Origin: a virus
Length of the DNA: 64,000 nucleotides
Strand: one strand, 5' to 3'
IMG/VR virus record: IMGVR_UViG_3300025112_000005
Coordinates: 1-64,000 of that record
The notes below the pieces were generated by a model. It ran no database searches, was not told the origin of the DNA, and saw nothing but the letters and a program-made list of their open reading frames with translations. Below, piece after piece: positions 19,732 through 28,895 of the stretch (positions within the stretch are counted from its first letter, which is position 1; the number at the start of each line of letters is the position of its first letter). The position numbers and the translations under genes were made by a program.

Positions 19732-20184
19732 GTGAAAGCCACGCAACGCGCCGTTTTGGCGAATTTGGCGAATTCTTGCGCTGGGGCGCTCTTTGACAAG
19801 GGGCGCGCTGCGCTCTTGTGGCGTGATGCGGAGGGGTTCCTTAACTCAGCGCGGATCGTCCCCTGCGGCTTCGGCGCGGTGCGCCTGACGGTCAACTACT
19901 GGACCCCGGCGCTGTCGTGTCGGCGGTTGGGCGCGTTGGGGTTCGACGTGGACGATCAACACTTGTTGGCAGCGTCGGGTGATCTGGCAAGACACAGTGA
20001 CCCCCGGCTGAAGCTGGAGCTATCCATGCAGCCCGCGGAGGTCCCCCAGCTCGTGCCCGGGTGGTTCTGGGCGTGGGTGGAGGCGCGGTGTGACCGGGGC
20101 GAGATGCCCCCGCCCCCATTCCCGGTGACTGCGGACCTGTCCGAAAGCTACGTCTGGTCAACGGCGGCGGATTCTTCGTGCTGA
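19732..20184 (+). CDS. Hypothetical protein
   Basis: GGGAGG RBS upstream of GTG 19732. Confidence 0.5.
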   Translation: MKATQRAVLANLANSCAGALFDKGRAALLWRDAEGFLNSARIVPCGFGAVRLTVNYWTPALSCRRLGALGFDVDDQHLLAASGDLARHSDPRLKLELSMQPAEVPQLVPGWFWAWVEARCDRGEMPPPPFPVTADLSESYVWSTAADSSC

Positions 20185-20645
20185 GCGAGCACTCAGAGCA
20201 GAGCGAGCTGGTGCGGCGAGCGCGCAGGGCGGGGTTGCTGATCGCGTCGGTGCCCAACGGGGCATCGTTGGCAGGCAACAAGCGCGACCGTGCGCGGCAG
20301 ATGGCGAAGCTGAAGCGGGAGGGGTTAGCCATCGGCGTGCCCGACCTGCTGGTGTTCAGCCAGCCGACGGATCTGGACGTGGCGAGCGACTTCGAGCAGG
20401 AGCTGGTCGAGGCGCTGCGGGCGCTGTCGCCGGAGGCACGGGCACGCGTGGCGGCGCTGGCCGGAGTCGGCCCCGGCGCGGGGCTGGAGATGAAGCGGAG
20501 CGACGGCGGCAAGGACCCCGATGGCTCGCCAGCACAGCAGCGCTGGGGCGGGTGGTTGGCGGGACGCGGCTGGCGCTGGGGCGTGGCGCACGGGTGGCGG
20601 CAGGGGCTTGACCAATTACGGGCGTGGGGCTACAGTGTCCGGTGA
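20178..20645 (+). CDS. VRR-NUC family nuclease (putative resolvase)
   Basis: SEHSEQ, SVPNG, KLKREG..IGVPDL, LEMKR, S..Q..W. Confidence 0.8.
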   Translation: MLSEHSEQSELVRRARRAGLLIASVPNGASLAGNKRDRARQMAKLKREGLAIGVPDLLVFSQPTDLDVASDFEQELVEALRALSPEARARVAALAGVGPGAGLEMKRSDGGKDPDGSPAQQRWGGWLAGRGWRWGVAHGWRQGLDQLRAWGYSVR

Positions 20646-20889
20646 ATGACCAAGTACGAACGAGCCCGGGAAGCCTACGAGCGGTGGTGTGCTGCGAGCG
20701 TGCAGCCCGACCACTCCCGGGCGTGGTACGTGTTGAGCGACGATGAAAAACGGCGCTGGTACGCCGTGGTGGGAGAAGAATGGTGCTTGAAGGCGAGATG
20801 ACGACCCTGGAGCAGCGGGTGTTTGCGGCGGCGTTTGCCGCGTCCCACGTGGCGCATTCGCACGGGATGGTCACGAAGCCCGTGGAGCG

Positions 20890-21318
20890 GTGATCATCGC
20901 GTTCCTACTCGCCCAGATCTTCGCCCCGTGCTCTCCAGCGGTCGCAAGACTGCGGGCGGAGCACGTGCGCGGCGCGGAGCTGGTGAGCCGGACGGTGGTC
21001 TGCGTGGACGTGGTGCTGGCGGCGCGTGCCCGCGGGGTCGACCCCCGGCTGGCTGTGTCGGTGGCGTGGCACGAGTCGCGAATGGCGCCCAACGACGAAA
21101 GCAGCGCGGGGGCGGTCGGCCCGATGCAGGTTGTGCCGCGCTGGTGGTGTCCAGAAGGCCGCCGAGCGGGCTGCGACGTGGTGGATGCCGGGATGGAGGC
21201 GTTGGCGACCTACACGGGGCGCTACGGGCTCCGCGAGGGGCTGGCGCGCTACAATGCCGGCAACGACCCCGGGCCACGTGCCTGGGAGTACGCGGACGGG
21301 GTGCTGGAGTGGCTGTGA
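20890..21318 (+). CDS. Lytic transglycosylase (SLT domain), possible endolysin
   Basis: VAWHES catalytic Glu, SSAGAVGPMQV, LARYNAG; hydrophobic N-terminus. Confidence 0.88.
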   Translation: MIIAFLLAQIFAPCSPAVARLRAEHVRGAELVSRTVVCVDVVLAARARGVDPRLAVSVAWHESRMAPNDESSAGAVGPMQVVPRWWCPEGRRAGCDVVDAGMEALATYTGRYGLREGLARYNAGNDPGPRAWEYADGVLEWL

Positions 21319-22124
21319 GGCGGGAAGACCGAGGCTGGCCCCCCGTCGGTGGCGTGTGGCACCGAGGCACGCAGCAACGCGAGGTGCTGGAGCACGACTG
21401 CGGCGGTGGCCGCGTGCGCTACAAGAGCCTGCACCGGACACGTTGGTGCAAGCTGGGCACGTGGTGGAAATGGGCCGAGAAAGCGGTCGTGGGCGAGGTG
21501 CCTCTGGCACCTGATGAGCCCGTGTTGCTGCGGGACTTGGGGCATGAGCACCGGGGCTTGAGCGGCATCCTTGCGCCCCCCAAACCTCCAGGCCATCCAG
21601 GCGTTGCGCGTCTGGATGGGGCGGCGTTCGACCGTTGGCGGTCCGTGGTTGGTGAGTGCCTTGTGCGTGGCGTGCCCGTTGCGGAAGTGGCGGCGGCGAC
21701 GGGGCTCACGGTGGCGCAGGTCGTCAAGGCCACCAAGGCGCTACGGAAGGCGTTCACGGCGCTGGGGCACGGCGCGCTGGCGCTGCGGCGTGAGGCGCTG
21801 TGGTGGGACGCGGTGCGGCTGGAGGCCACGCTCACGGACCACTTGCTGGCGTGCGTGCCCGGCGAGACGGACGCGCGCGAGGTCGCGGCGCTGGCGAAGG
21901 CACTGCTGGAGGCGCAGAAGCACCGGGCCACGCTCTGCGGGGCGACGGACGCGCCGACGACCCAGGTCAACGTCAACGTGGGCGTGGTCGACCCCGTGCA
22001 GATCGCCGTGCAACGGTTCGGGCTCGACCCCGATCAGCTCGGAGCGCTGGGGGACGGGCTGGCTGGCCAGCTCACAGACCGGGCGCGGGTGGTGCTGGAA
22101 GCTGATTTCGAGGAGGCGGGGTGA
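21315..22124 (+). CDS. HTH protein, possible terminase small subunit
   Basis: GVPVAEVAAATGLTVAQV HTH, helical middle, TQVNVNV beta-strand near the C-terminus. Confidence 0.45.
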   Translation: MRREDRGWPPVGGVWHRGTQQREVLEHDCGGGRVRYKSLHRTRWCKLGTWWKWAEKAVVGEVPLAPDEPVLLRDLGHEHRGLSGILAPPKPPGHPGVARLDGAAFDRWRSVVGECLVRGVPVAEVAAATGLTVAQVVKATKALRKAFTALGHGALALRREALWWDAVRLEATLTDHLLACVPGETDAREVAALAKALLEAQKHRATLCGATDAPTTQVNVNVGVVDPVQIAVQRFGLDPDQLGALGDGLAGQLTDRARVVLEADFEEAG

Positions 22125-22175
22125 TGGGGGACGTAGAGGAGCGCGCGGAGTGCAACGGGTGCGGCGCGGACCTGA

Positions 22176-22213
22176 CCTTCTGCATCTGCATCTTGGCTTC
22201 TTCCATCGCCTTG
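22176..22213. repeat. 38-bp inverted repeat, arm 1 (partner at 28026-28063)
   Basis: Reverse complement matches 28026-28063 at 37/38 positions. Confidence 0.9.
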
Positions 22214-23556
22214 GTGTGCGACAACTGCGCCCGCTGCTGGTGCGATGAAGAAGGGTGCCGGGAGGCGTCGGGGCTGGCGGACGGGGACGTGGTGTGCTCG
22301 CCGTGCTTCGATGAGGCGATGGGGAAAGGCTGATGTTTCGGATCAACCGATCGGCGCTGAGGGAAGGGGGCGTGAGAAGTGAGCACCATGTCCACGAAGC
22401 TGCGCAGTGAGCGTGCGCGTGCTGAAGGCCGCGCGCGGGAGCTGGACCGGCTGAAGTCGCTTACGGGCGTGTCACGGTGGGACCAGATACATGGGCGCGT
22501 CGCGGAGCTGTTGGCGCCCGCGGTCGAGGTACTGCCCGACGGTGCGCGGTTCACGGGGGCCGATGGCGAGGAGTGGCGTATTCGGTGGTGCGCTGAGCAC
22601 GGCGACTTGAGCTTGCGGGGTGGCATGAAGGTGAGCGCGACGCGACGCGGTGAGCCCGTGTCGTTGTCGGGGGCGTTGTATATGTGGACGCGGGTGGTGA
22701 ACTGAGTGGACGCGGGTGGTGAACTGAGCAGCAGGCGAATGGCGGTGGCGCGTGGCGCGGTGCACTTGACGCGGCCCGAGGGCGGGGCGCCGTCGGGGTA
22801 TTGCGGCGCGGGCGAGGGCATGTGGACCGACGACCCGCACGAGTGCACGTGCGACGGGTGTCTCTGGTTGTGGTCGAGCAAGAACCCCCCGCAAGAGGTG
22901 GCGAGAGGGCAGCGCGAAGGTGGCGAAGAGGCGGGGTAAACGCCCCGGGCGAACGGGCTGCCCTGAGTGCCGGACGGGTGTGCTGTGCGACGACGCACGG
23001 CGGATGTTGCGCGAGCTGGTCGTAGAGGAGGCGGCGCTGGTCGAGCGGGGTCTGATGACGCCGTTTCGAGCGGGCCGGATCCCTGCGCGCCTGGAAGCGC
23101 TGGAGGGCGACGATGCTGCGCGACTTGCTGACGATCTACACGACCCCGAACCCAGCGCTGGCGTCGGATCTGGCGCTGGAGCTGGTGGCGCGGTGGGAGG
23201 ACTCGCTCGCGGGGCGGGTGCTGTGGCGCCTCTTGCACCCGGCGTTTCCGTCCGACGAACCAGACCCACGCGCCGTCGACCTGTTCGGGTGGGACCTGGG
23301 GACGATGTGCCGTGATCCGTGGGCACGGTACTCGATGCGGTTGCACGACGCGGCGCACGTGGCGCTGGGGTACGCACCGACGCCGGAGGGCGAGGCGGAG
23401 CTGGCCGCGTATCTGCTGGCCAATGGCGTGTTTGACCCCGCTTACCTGGGCGTTCTCCCGTACGCTGTTCAGCACGGCGTGAGCCCGCGGCGAATGCTGC
23501 GCGCGGCGCGGCGCGGTTGGCGTGAGCCTAGTGTGATCGGGCGGGTGCTGTAGGAC

Positions 23557-24102
23557 TTGATCTACTTGCTGGAGTACCTGCTGGCGGGGCGCGTGGTCCG
23601 GCTGGGGAGGTTGGGCGTGTTCCGGTTCCAAGGAGGCCAGCTCCAGCGGCGTGCGCTGATTCTTAACCCGGACGCCGCGGGCGTGTGGGTCTCTGCGGAG
23701 ACGCTCCCGATGGTGGCGTTCCTTCGAGCGCTGGAGACGCGGCGCCAGCCCGGGGGCGAGCCCGAGCAGCGCAGGCGGCGGGTGATCGTGGAGACGCCGT
23801 ACAGGGGCGATGTGGCGCGGAACATGCGTTATCTGCGAGACGCGCAGCGTGATTGTATCGGGCGTGGAGAAGCCCCGTTTGCGAGCCACCGGATGTACAC
23901 CGACGCGCTGGACGACGACGACCCCGTGGAACGCGACCTGGGCGTGGCGCTGGGGTTCGAGTGGGGGCTGGTGGCCCACGCCACGGTCGCGTACACGGAC
24001 CTGGGCATCAGCACGGGCATGGGCTTGGGTATCGCGCACGCGAGGATGGCGGGGCGACCCGTGGAACTGCGTTCCTTGCCGGGCTGGGCGAGTGACGCGT
24101 AA
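23557..24102 (+). CDS. Nucleoside 2-deoxyribosyltransferase-like (DUF4406/DUF7768-like) protein
   Basis: VIVETPYRGD...EAPFASH..YT..LDD..P.ER...YTDLGISTGM. Confidence 0.7.
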   Translation: MIYLLEYLLAGRVVRLGRLGVFRFQGGQLQRRALILNPDAAGVWVSAETLPMVAFLRALETRRQPGGEPEQRRRRVIVETPYRGDVARNMRYLRDAQRDCIGRGEAPFASHRMYTDALDDDDPVERDLGVALGFEWGLVAHATVAYTDLGISTGMGLGIAHARMAGRPVELRSLPGWASDA

Positions 24103-24129
24103 CCTGGGTCGAATCGGCGGAGGACCAGC

Positions 24130-27100
24130 ATGTTGACGATGGCGAGCGTGGCGCGGTTGGCGAAGGCGAAGGGCAAGGACTACCGCGAGCGCGAAGCGGC
24201 GGGCCAAACGACCCTCTTCGGCGGCGGCGCCAGTGACGCGGACAGCGGTCACAGGCCCCGACGGCGTCGTCCCCGGGGGCCGGGCGCTGAGGCGGAACGC
24301 AATCACGCACTTCGCTCGCAGCATCACCGGAAGAGGGCGGAGGATCACCAGCATCGACGCACGCCGGGGGCGCCGGGGGCGCAGGAGCACGCACAGGCGA
24401 TCATGGCGCACAACAACGCGGCGGACGCACACAACGCGGCGCGGACGGCGCACGCGGAGGGCCGACCCGGGGCAGAAGCAGCCGCGGAGCGAGCGAACGA
24501 CCGGACACGAGACGCGGAAGCCGCATCTATCAGGGCGAGGAGCAAGGAAACCCCTCGCCACACGGGGCGCCACGGTGAGGAGGGGGGCCGAGGTAGTGGC
24601 CGGATCCGCGACGCGCTGGACCCCGGCGGGCGAGCGCCTGCCCCGCGTGATCCGGTGTCTGACCACCAGATCGGACGCAGGGCCGCGCACCACGCAGACG
24701 CAGCAGCCGCACACCGCGCCGTGGCAGCAGGACGCCCGTCCGACGCGAAGCAACACCGCGCCGCGGCAGACGCGCACGAGAACGCGTCTGTGCTACATGC
24801 GGCAGGGCACGCCGACGCAGGCCGGGCGAGCGTTGAAGCGCTGGCGGCCAGCGATGCCGTTGCGGGTGGACGCGGTGCCACGAGCAGCGGCGATGATGCC
24901 CGGGACCGGCGCGAGGGGGAGGCCCGCGGGCGCGTCGCCCAGGCGAAGGCGAAGCTGGACGCGGCGAAGAAGAAGGCCGGCGACAAGCCCCCGAGCGGCT
25001 ACTACCCCGCGAAGCGCTCCAAGAAGGGCGGCTTTACGGACGGCAAGGGCAACTACTGGTACCCCGGCAAGGGCGCGAAGCCCGCGGGGGCTCACGACGG
25101 CGAGCACGGCAAGGACGCGGCGCTGGCGCACCACGACGAGCGCCGGGCGCACCACGACGAGATGGCGCTGGAGCACAAGAAGGCGGCGGCTGATCCCTAC
25201 CGGACGATGGAGAGCCGGGGGAAGCACGCGGACGCAGAGCGCAAGCACCACCACGCAGCGGTACACCACGGCGCGGCGCACGCAGACATCCGCGCGGGGC
25301 GCGTGGAGCCGAGCGACCCCAAGAGACACGACACCCTGGCGGGGACCACATCCGAGTGGGCCGACGACCACGACCGGGCGCAGTGGAACGACGAAGATGC
25401 GCACCACCACGACGAAGCGGCGCGGCACCGGGCGAAGGCGGCCGAGCTGGGCGGCCACGGGCCGGAGACCCGGGCGCATCTGAACGCGGCGGACGCGCAC
25501 GAAGAGGCGCACCGGCACGGGCGGGGCAGCATCGACACCCGAGCCCGCGACGTGTTCAGCGAGCGGGCCAACAAGGCGGGGGAGAAGGCCACGGCCGCGA
25601 GCAAGGCGGCGCGCAAGAAGGCCACGAGCAAGCCCCATACGCGTCACTCGTTCAATGAGGCGTTGAAGGGGCGAGACCGCAAGGGGCGCGCGGAGCTGTG
25701 GCACGAAGTGCTGGAGGGCGCGGGACTGACGGGGAGCGACCAGCCCAACTGGAACAGCCTCGGCAGCATCGAGACGCTACGTGCGACCCTCGCCCGGCGC
25801 GAGGGCTGGGAGGAGGGCCGCAAGAAGATGGCGGCGCTGGACGCGGAGCTGAAGAAGCGCGGGATGTTGCCCCTCACCGACGACGAGATGATGGACCGCG
25901 AAGCAGCGCGCATGGACGCGGAGGGCGTGCCCCACCCGCGTGACGCCCTGGACGCGCACACGGCGTACAAGAAGACCAAGGGTGCACTGGGTACGGATCT
26001 GGTCGAGTACCTGGAGATGAACGCATACAAGGTGCCCCCCGGGGCGCACGACCTGACGTCGTTGACGGACAAGGAACTGCGCAAGCTCAAGGGGCAGGTG
26101 TGGAACGCGCTGAACGCCCCTGGACACGGCCATGCGTCGGTTCGCACACGGCGGCAGGCGCGGAAGGCGGCGAGCGCCCTGAGCGCGGAGGCGGATCGGC
26201 GTCTCAACGAGGGACACAAGGACAAGGCGGATCGGCGCAAGACCGGCGGCTTCGGCTCCCAGGCCGAGGTAGACGCGGCGTTTGAGGGCGGCGACCCGAT
26301 GGGGCTGGACCCCAACGCGGCGGCCAGTGCGTCCATGAAGCAGAAGCCCGGCGCGGTGAAGCAGGCTGCGGCGGCGAGCGTCAGCGCGCGGACGGAGAAG
26401 GACACGCCGAAGCCGGGGAGCCACGCTGCATTGGTCGCGGCGGGGAAGGCGGCTCTGGAGCGTGCGGACCACCCGCAACACAAGGTGCCGAAGGCCCTGC
26501 TGAACCGGGGCGGGCGCCTGGGACGTGAGCGGGGCATCAAGGAGGCGGCGGAGAGCTGGTACAAGCACCCGGGCCACAGCGGGATGCCGGCGCGGCACGA
26601 GGTGATCAAGCAGGTGCAGAAGGACCGGCAGCGGTGGCACGAGGACGGCGGTGGCAAGGGGTCGAGTAAGGTCGCGGACTTGGCGCCGAGCTACCTGCAC
26701 GAGTACGCGAAGCACGCGGCGTCTCAGTACGGGGACACGCCGCAGGCGGCCCCCGACCCCCAGGAACACGGGCTGTCGGGTGGGGAGGCGGCGGATCTGG
26801 TCAGCCGCTTCACGAAGCTCATGGGCACGCCCGAGGAGCCCACGAGCTGGTCCGGCGACCACGGAGGTGCGCAGATGCCCGCTGAGCACGGGCACGGCGA
26901 GGACTTCCACAGGCGGCTGATGACCGAGGCGCGCACAAACGCGGCGTCGTCCCGTTCGGGTATCCACAACAGCGCCCACCTGCACCGCATCGTCCAGCAG
27001 GCGGACCAGCACGTGGCCGACTTCGCGGAGAGCAAGAGCAGTCACCGTAGCGGCGGTGCTGTGGCGACGTACCACCCCGACGAAGAGCAGCACTGGGGCA

Positions 27101-27225
27101 CGGCGATGGCTGCGCTCCAGAACGCGCACGGCGATACGCACCGCTTCGAGGCGAAGCGCCGCAAGACGGACAACCAGATGGTGATTCGGGCTCACCGGAA
27201 GTCGGGGAAGAGCCCAAAAGCGTAG
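24130..27225 (+). CDS. Giant His/Ala-rich modular protein 1 (putative virion internal protein)
   Basis: GGAGG RBS; N-terminal LAKA, YREREAAGQTTLFG; PPSGYYPAKRSKKGGFTDGKGNYWYPG tag; HxxAADAH repeats. Confidence 0.8.
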   Translation: MLTMASVARLAKAKGKDYREREAAGQTTLFGGGASDADSGHRPRRRRPRGPGAEAERNHALRSQHHRKRAEDHQHRRTPGAPGAQEHAQAIMAHNNAADAHNAARTAHAEGRPGAEAAAERANDRTRDAEAASIRARSKETPRHTGRHGEEGGRGSGRIRDALDPGGRAPAPRDPVSDHQIGRRAAHHADAAAAHRAVAAGRPSDAKQHRAAADAHENASVLHAAGHADAGRASVEALAASDAVAGGRGATSSGDDARDRREGEARGRVAQAKAKLDAAKKKAGDKPPSGYYPAKRSKKGGFTDGKGNYWYPGKGAKPAGAHDGEHGKDAALAHHDERRAHHDEMALEHKKAAADPYRTMESRGKHADAERKHHHAAVHHGAAHADIRAGRVEPSDPKRHDTLAGTTSEWADDHDRAQWNDEDAHHHDEAARHRAKAAELGGHGPETRAHLNAADAHEEAHRHGRGSIDTRARDVFSERANKAGEKATAASKAARKKATSKPHTRHSFNEALKGRDRKGRAELWHEVLEGAGLTGSDQPNWNSLGSIETLRATLARREGWEEGRKKMAALDAELKKRGMLPLTDDEMMDREAARMDAEGVPHPRDALDAHTAYKKTKGALGTDLVEYLEMNAYKVPPGAHDLTSLTDKELRKLKGQVWNALNAPGHGHASVRTRRQARKAASALSAEADRRLNEGHKDKADRRKTGGFGSQAEVDAAFEGGDPMGLDPNAAASASMKQKPGAVKQAAAASVSARTEKDTPKPGSHAALVAAGKAALERADHPQHKVPKALLNRGGRLGRERGIKEAAESWYKHPGHSGMPARHEVIKQVQKDRQRWHEDGGGKGSSKVADLAPSYLHEYAKHAASQYGDTPQAAPDPQEHGLSGGEAADLVSRFTKLMGTPEEPTSWSGDHGGAQMPAEHGHGEDFHRRLMTEARTNAASSRSGIHNSAHLHRIVQQADQHVADFAESKSSHRSGGAVATYHPDEEQHWGTAMAALQNAHGDTHRFEAKRRKTDNQMVIRAHRKSGKSPKA

Positions 27226-27610
27226 CCCCGGCGAGCACCGGGGACCACGTCGAGACCGTGCAGGCGGCATTCAAGGCGCACCGGGTCAACCGTTCGCAGG
27301 CGTCGCGTCTCCTCGCGTTCTTGCACGGAGAGGCCAGCATCGGCGAGGGCGAAGGGGACGCGACTGTGCGCGCGTTGAAAAGCCGCGGGCTGATTGAGAA
27401 CACGGCATGGAGACAGGAGCCGGGGGAGTACGGCTACCAGCACGCACAGCTCACGGCCAAGGGGCGCGAGCTGGCGCGCGCGTTGGCCCACGCAGGCGTT
27501 TCGGATGCGGGCGCGGCTGAGCTGTTGAGCGCGCGAGTAGTGCAGGGACGCCCCGCACCTCCGACACGCCGCTGGCGCGAGGGGCTGGAGAAAGACAGAA
27601 AGCGGAAGCC

Positions 27611-27838
27611 ATGAGCGACGACGGTGAGCACAAGACGGTCAGCATGAAACTGGCGATGTCCGTCCTGACCACGCTACTGGCGGTCATTGGCGGGCTGACC
27701 ACGGTCACGCTGGACAAGGCCACCCAGGCGGCCGAGGCCCGCGCGGAGAACGCCGTGATGACCACCCAGGTGAAGGCGTGCGGTGACGTAATGTCCCGCT
27801 CGGAGAAGCTGCTGGCGGCATTGGAGGCGAGCCGATGA
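27611..27838 (+). CDS. Small single-TM membrane protein (lysis accessory?)
   Basis: Hydrophobic LAMSVLTTLLAVIGGL followed by a coiled coil. Confidence 0.4.
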   Translation: MSDDGEHKTVSMKLAMSVLTTLLAVIGGLTTVTLDKATQAAEARAENAVMTTQVKACGDVMSRSEKLLAALEASR

Positions 27839-28080
27839 ACACCCCGATCATTTTGGTGGCGGCGGCGGCGTTGACTGCGCTCGTGTTCCTGGCCGCCCCT
27901 GACGGCGCGGTGCCCGATGCAGGCAAAGACGCCGGCAAGGACGCAGGCGCCCCTGTGGCGGACGCGCACGCCCCAGCGCCCCCGACACCCCCCGAGGCGG
28001 TGCAGAAGGCGGCTGAGGAGCTACGCAAGGCGATGGAAGAGGCCAAGATGCAGATGCAGAAGGCCGGGCCGAAGCGCTAG
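27835..28080 (+). CDS. Small membrane-anchored protein
   Basis: N-terminal hydrophobic helix, DAGK repeats, helical C-terminus. Confidence 0.5.
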   Translation: MNTPIILVAAAALTALVFLAAPDGAVPDAGKDAGKDAGAPVADAHAPAPPTPPEAVQKAAEELRKAMEEAKMQMQKAGPKR

Positions 28081-28323
28081 ACTCCCGAGCACCCCGGGCG
28101 CAGAACGTCGACCAGGAGCAGCACCCGACGTGAGCAGGGGTGATCCGGGTCGGCGCGTGCGGCGGCTTCCACGCCGTCGAGGTACCAGCACTGGACGGGG
28201 TACCCAGCGCGCGCCATCCTACGCAGCCCCGCGGCGACTTGCCGTAAATCGAACCCTTGAGCGTTGCCCGTGCCCATGCGCAGAGCGTACCCCTCGCGTG
28301 ACCCATTCGCCGAGTGGCTGGCG

Positions 28324-28510
28324 ATGTCTACATGCTCGTTTGACCATGTAGACATTTCCCGCCACCCTCGTGGGGCTGCGTGCTCGTGCGCCCCGGCGCC
28401 CGTGGTTCGATTCCACGGGCTGGCTCCTCCGCTTAGTTCGGAGCTGCCCCCGTCCCGGGGTACCGGAGGCGGGGAACGCGGGCACGCAGCGTCAACACCT
28501 TGACCATGTA
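28324..28510 (+). promoter_or_regulatory. Putative late promoter/operator region upstream of the terminase unit
   Basis: TTGACCATGTA at 28340-28350 and 28500-28510; 11-bp inverted repeat atgtctacatg/catgtagacat at 28324-28355. Confidence 0.55.
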
Positions 28511-28616
28511 GCGGCAACCGGGCAGGATCAGGCCCTGCCGGCTTTATCCGCTCGCGCGAGCCCGCGTCAATCAACGGACGCTGGTAGGGTGGGCGGCTCA
28601 ACCACCGGAGGCTTAT

Positions 28617-28895
28617 ATGCCCGTCCGACACCTGAAGATCCGCAACTCCAAGCTCTACGGCACCCGCGTGTTCAACGTGGATGCCGAAGGTCGTGTGACC
28701 GCGGAGGACGGGAGCAACCCGACCCCCGTGGAGGCGGCGCGGTTCGCCACGATGGCCAATTACCACGTGACCCCCGACGACGCGGATGCGGCGGTAGAGC
28801 CGCACGCGACCAAGGCGCCCGAGCCCGAGCCCCCGAAGGCGAAGGCGAAAGACGCCCAGGCGCGTCCCCCGCGGCGGCGCAAGCGCAGCAAGTGA
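28617..28895 (+). CDS. Small hypothetical (virion-associated?) protein
   Basis: GGAGG RBS; stop overlaps the terminase start. Confidence 0.65.
   Translation: MPVRHLKIRNSKLYGTRVFNVDAEGRVTAEDGSNPTPVEAARFATMANYHVTPDDADAAVEPHATKAPEPEPPKAKAKDAQARPPRRRKRSK

Noticed and set aside
28077-28805. Minus-strand ORF in the gap before the terminase unit
   Set aside because: It overlaps a better-supported plus-strand gene and the regulatory motifs; no recognisable domain, although a short 3' portion could be real
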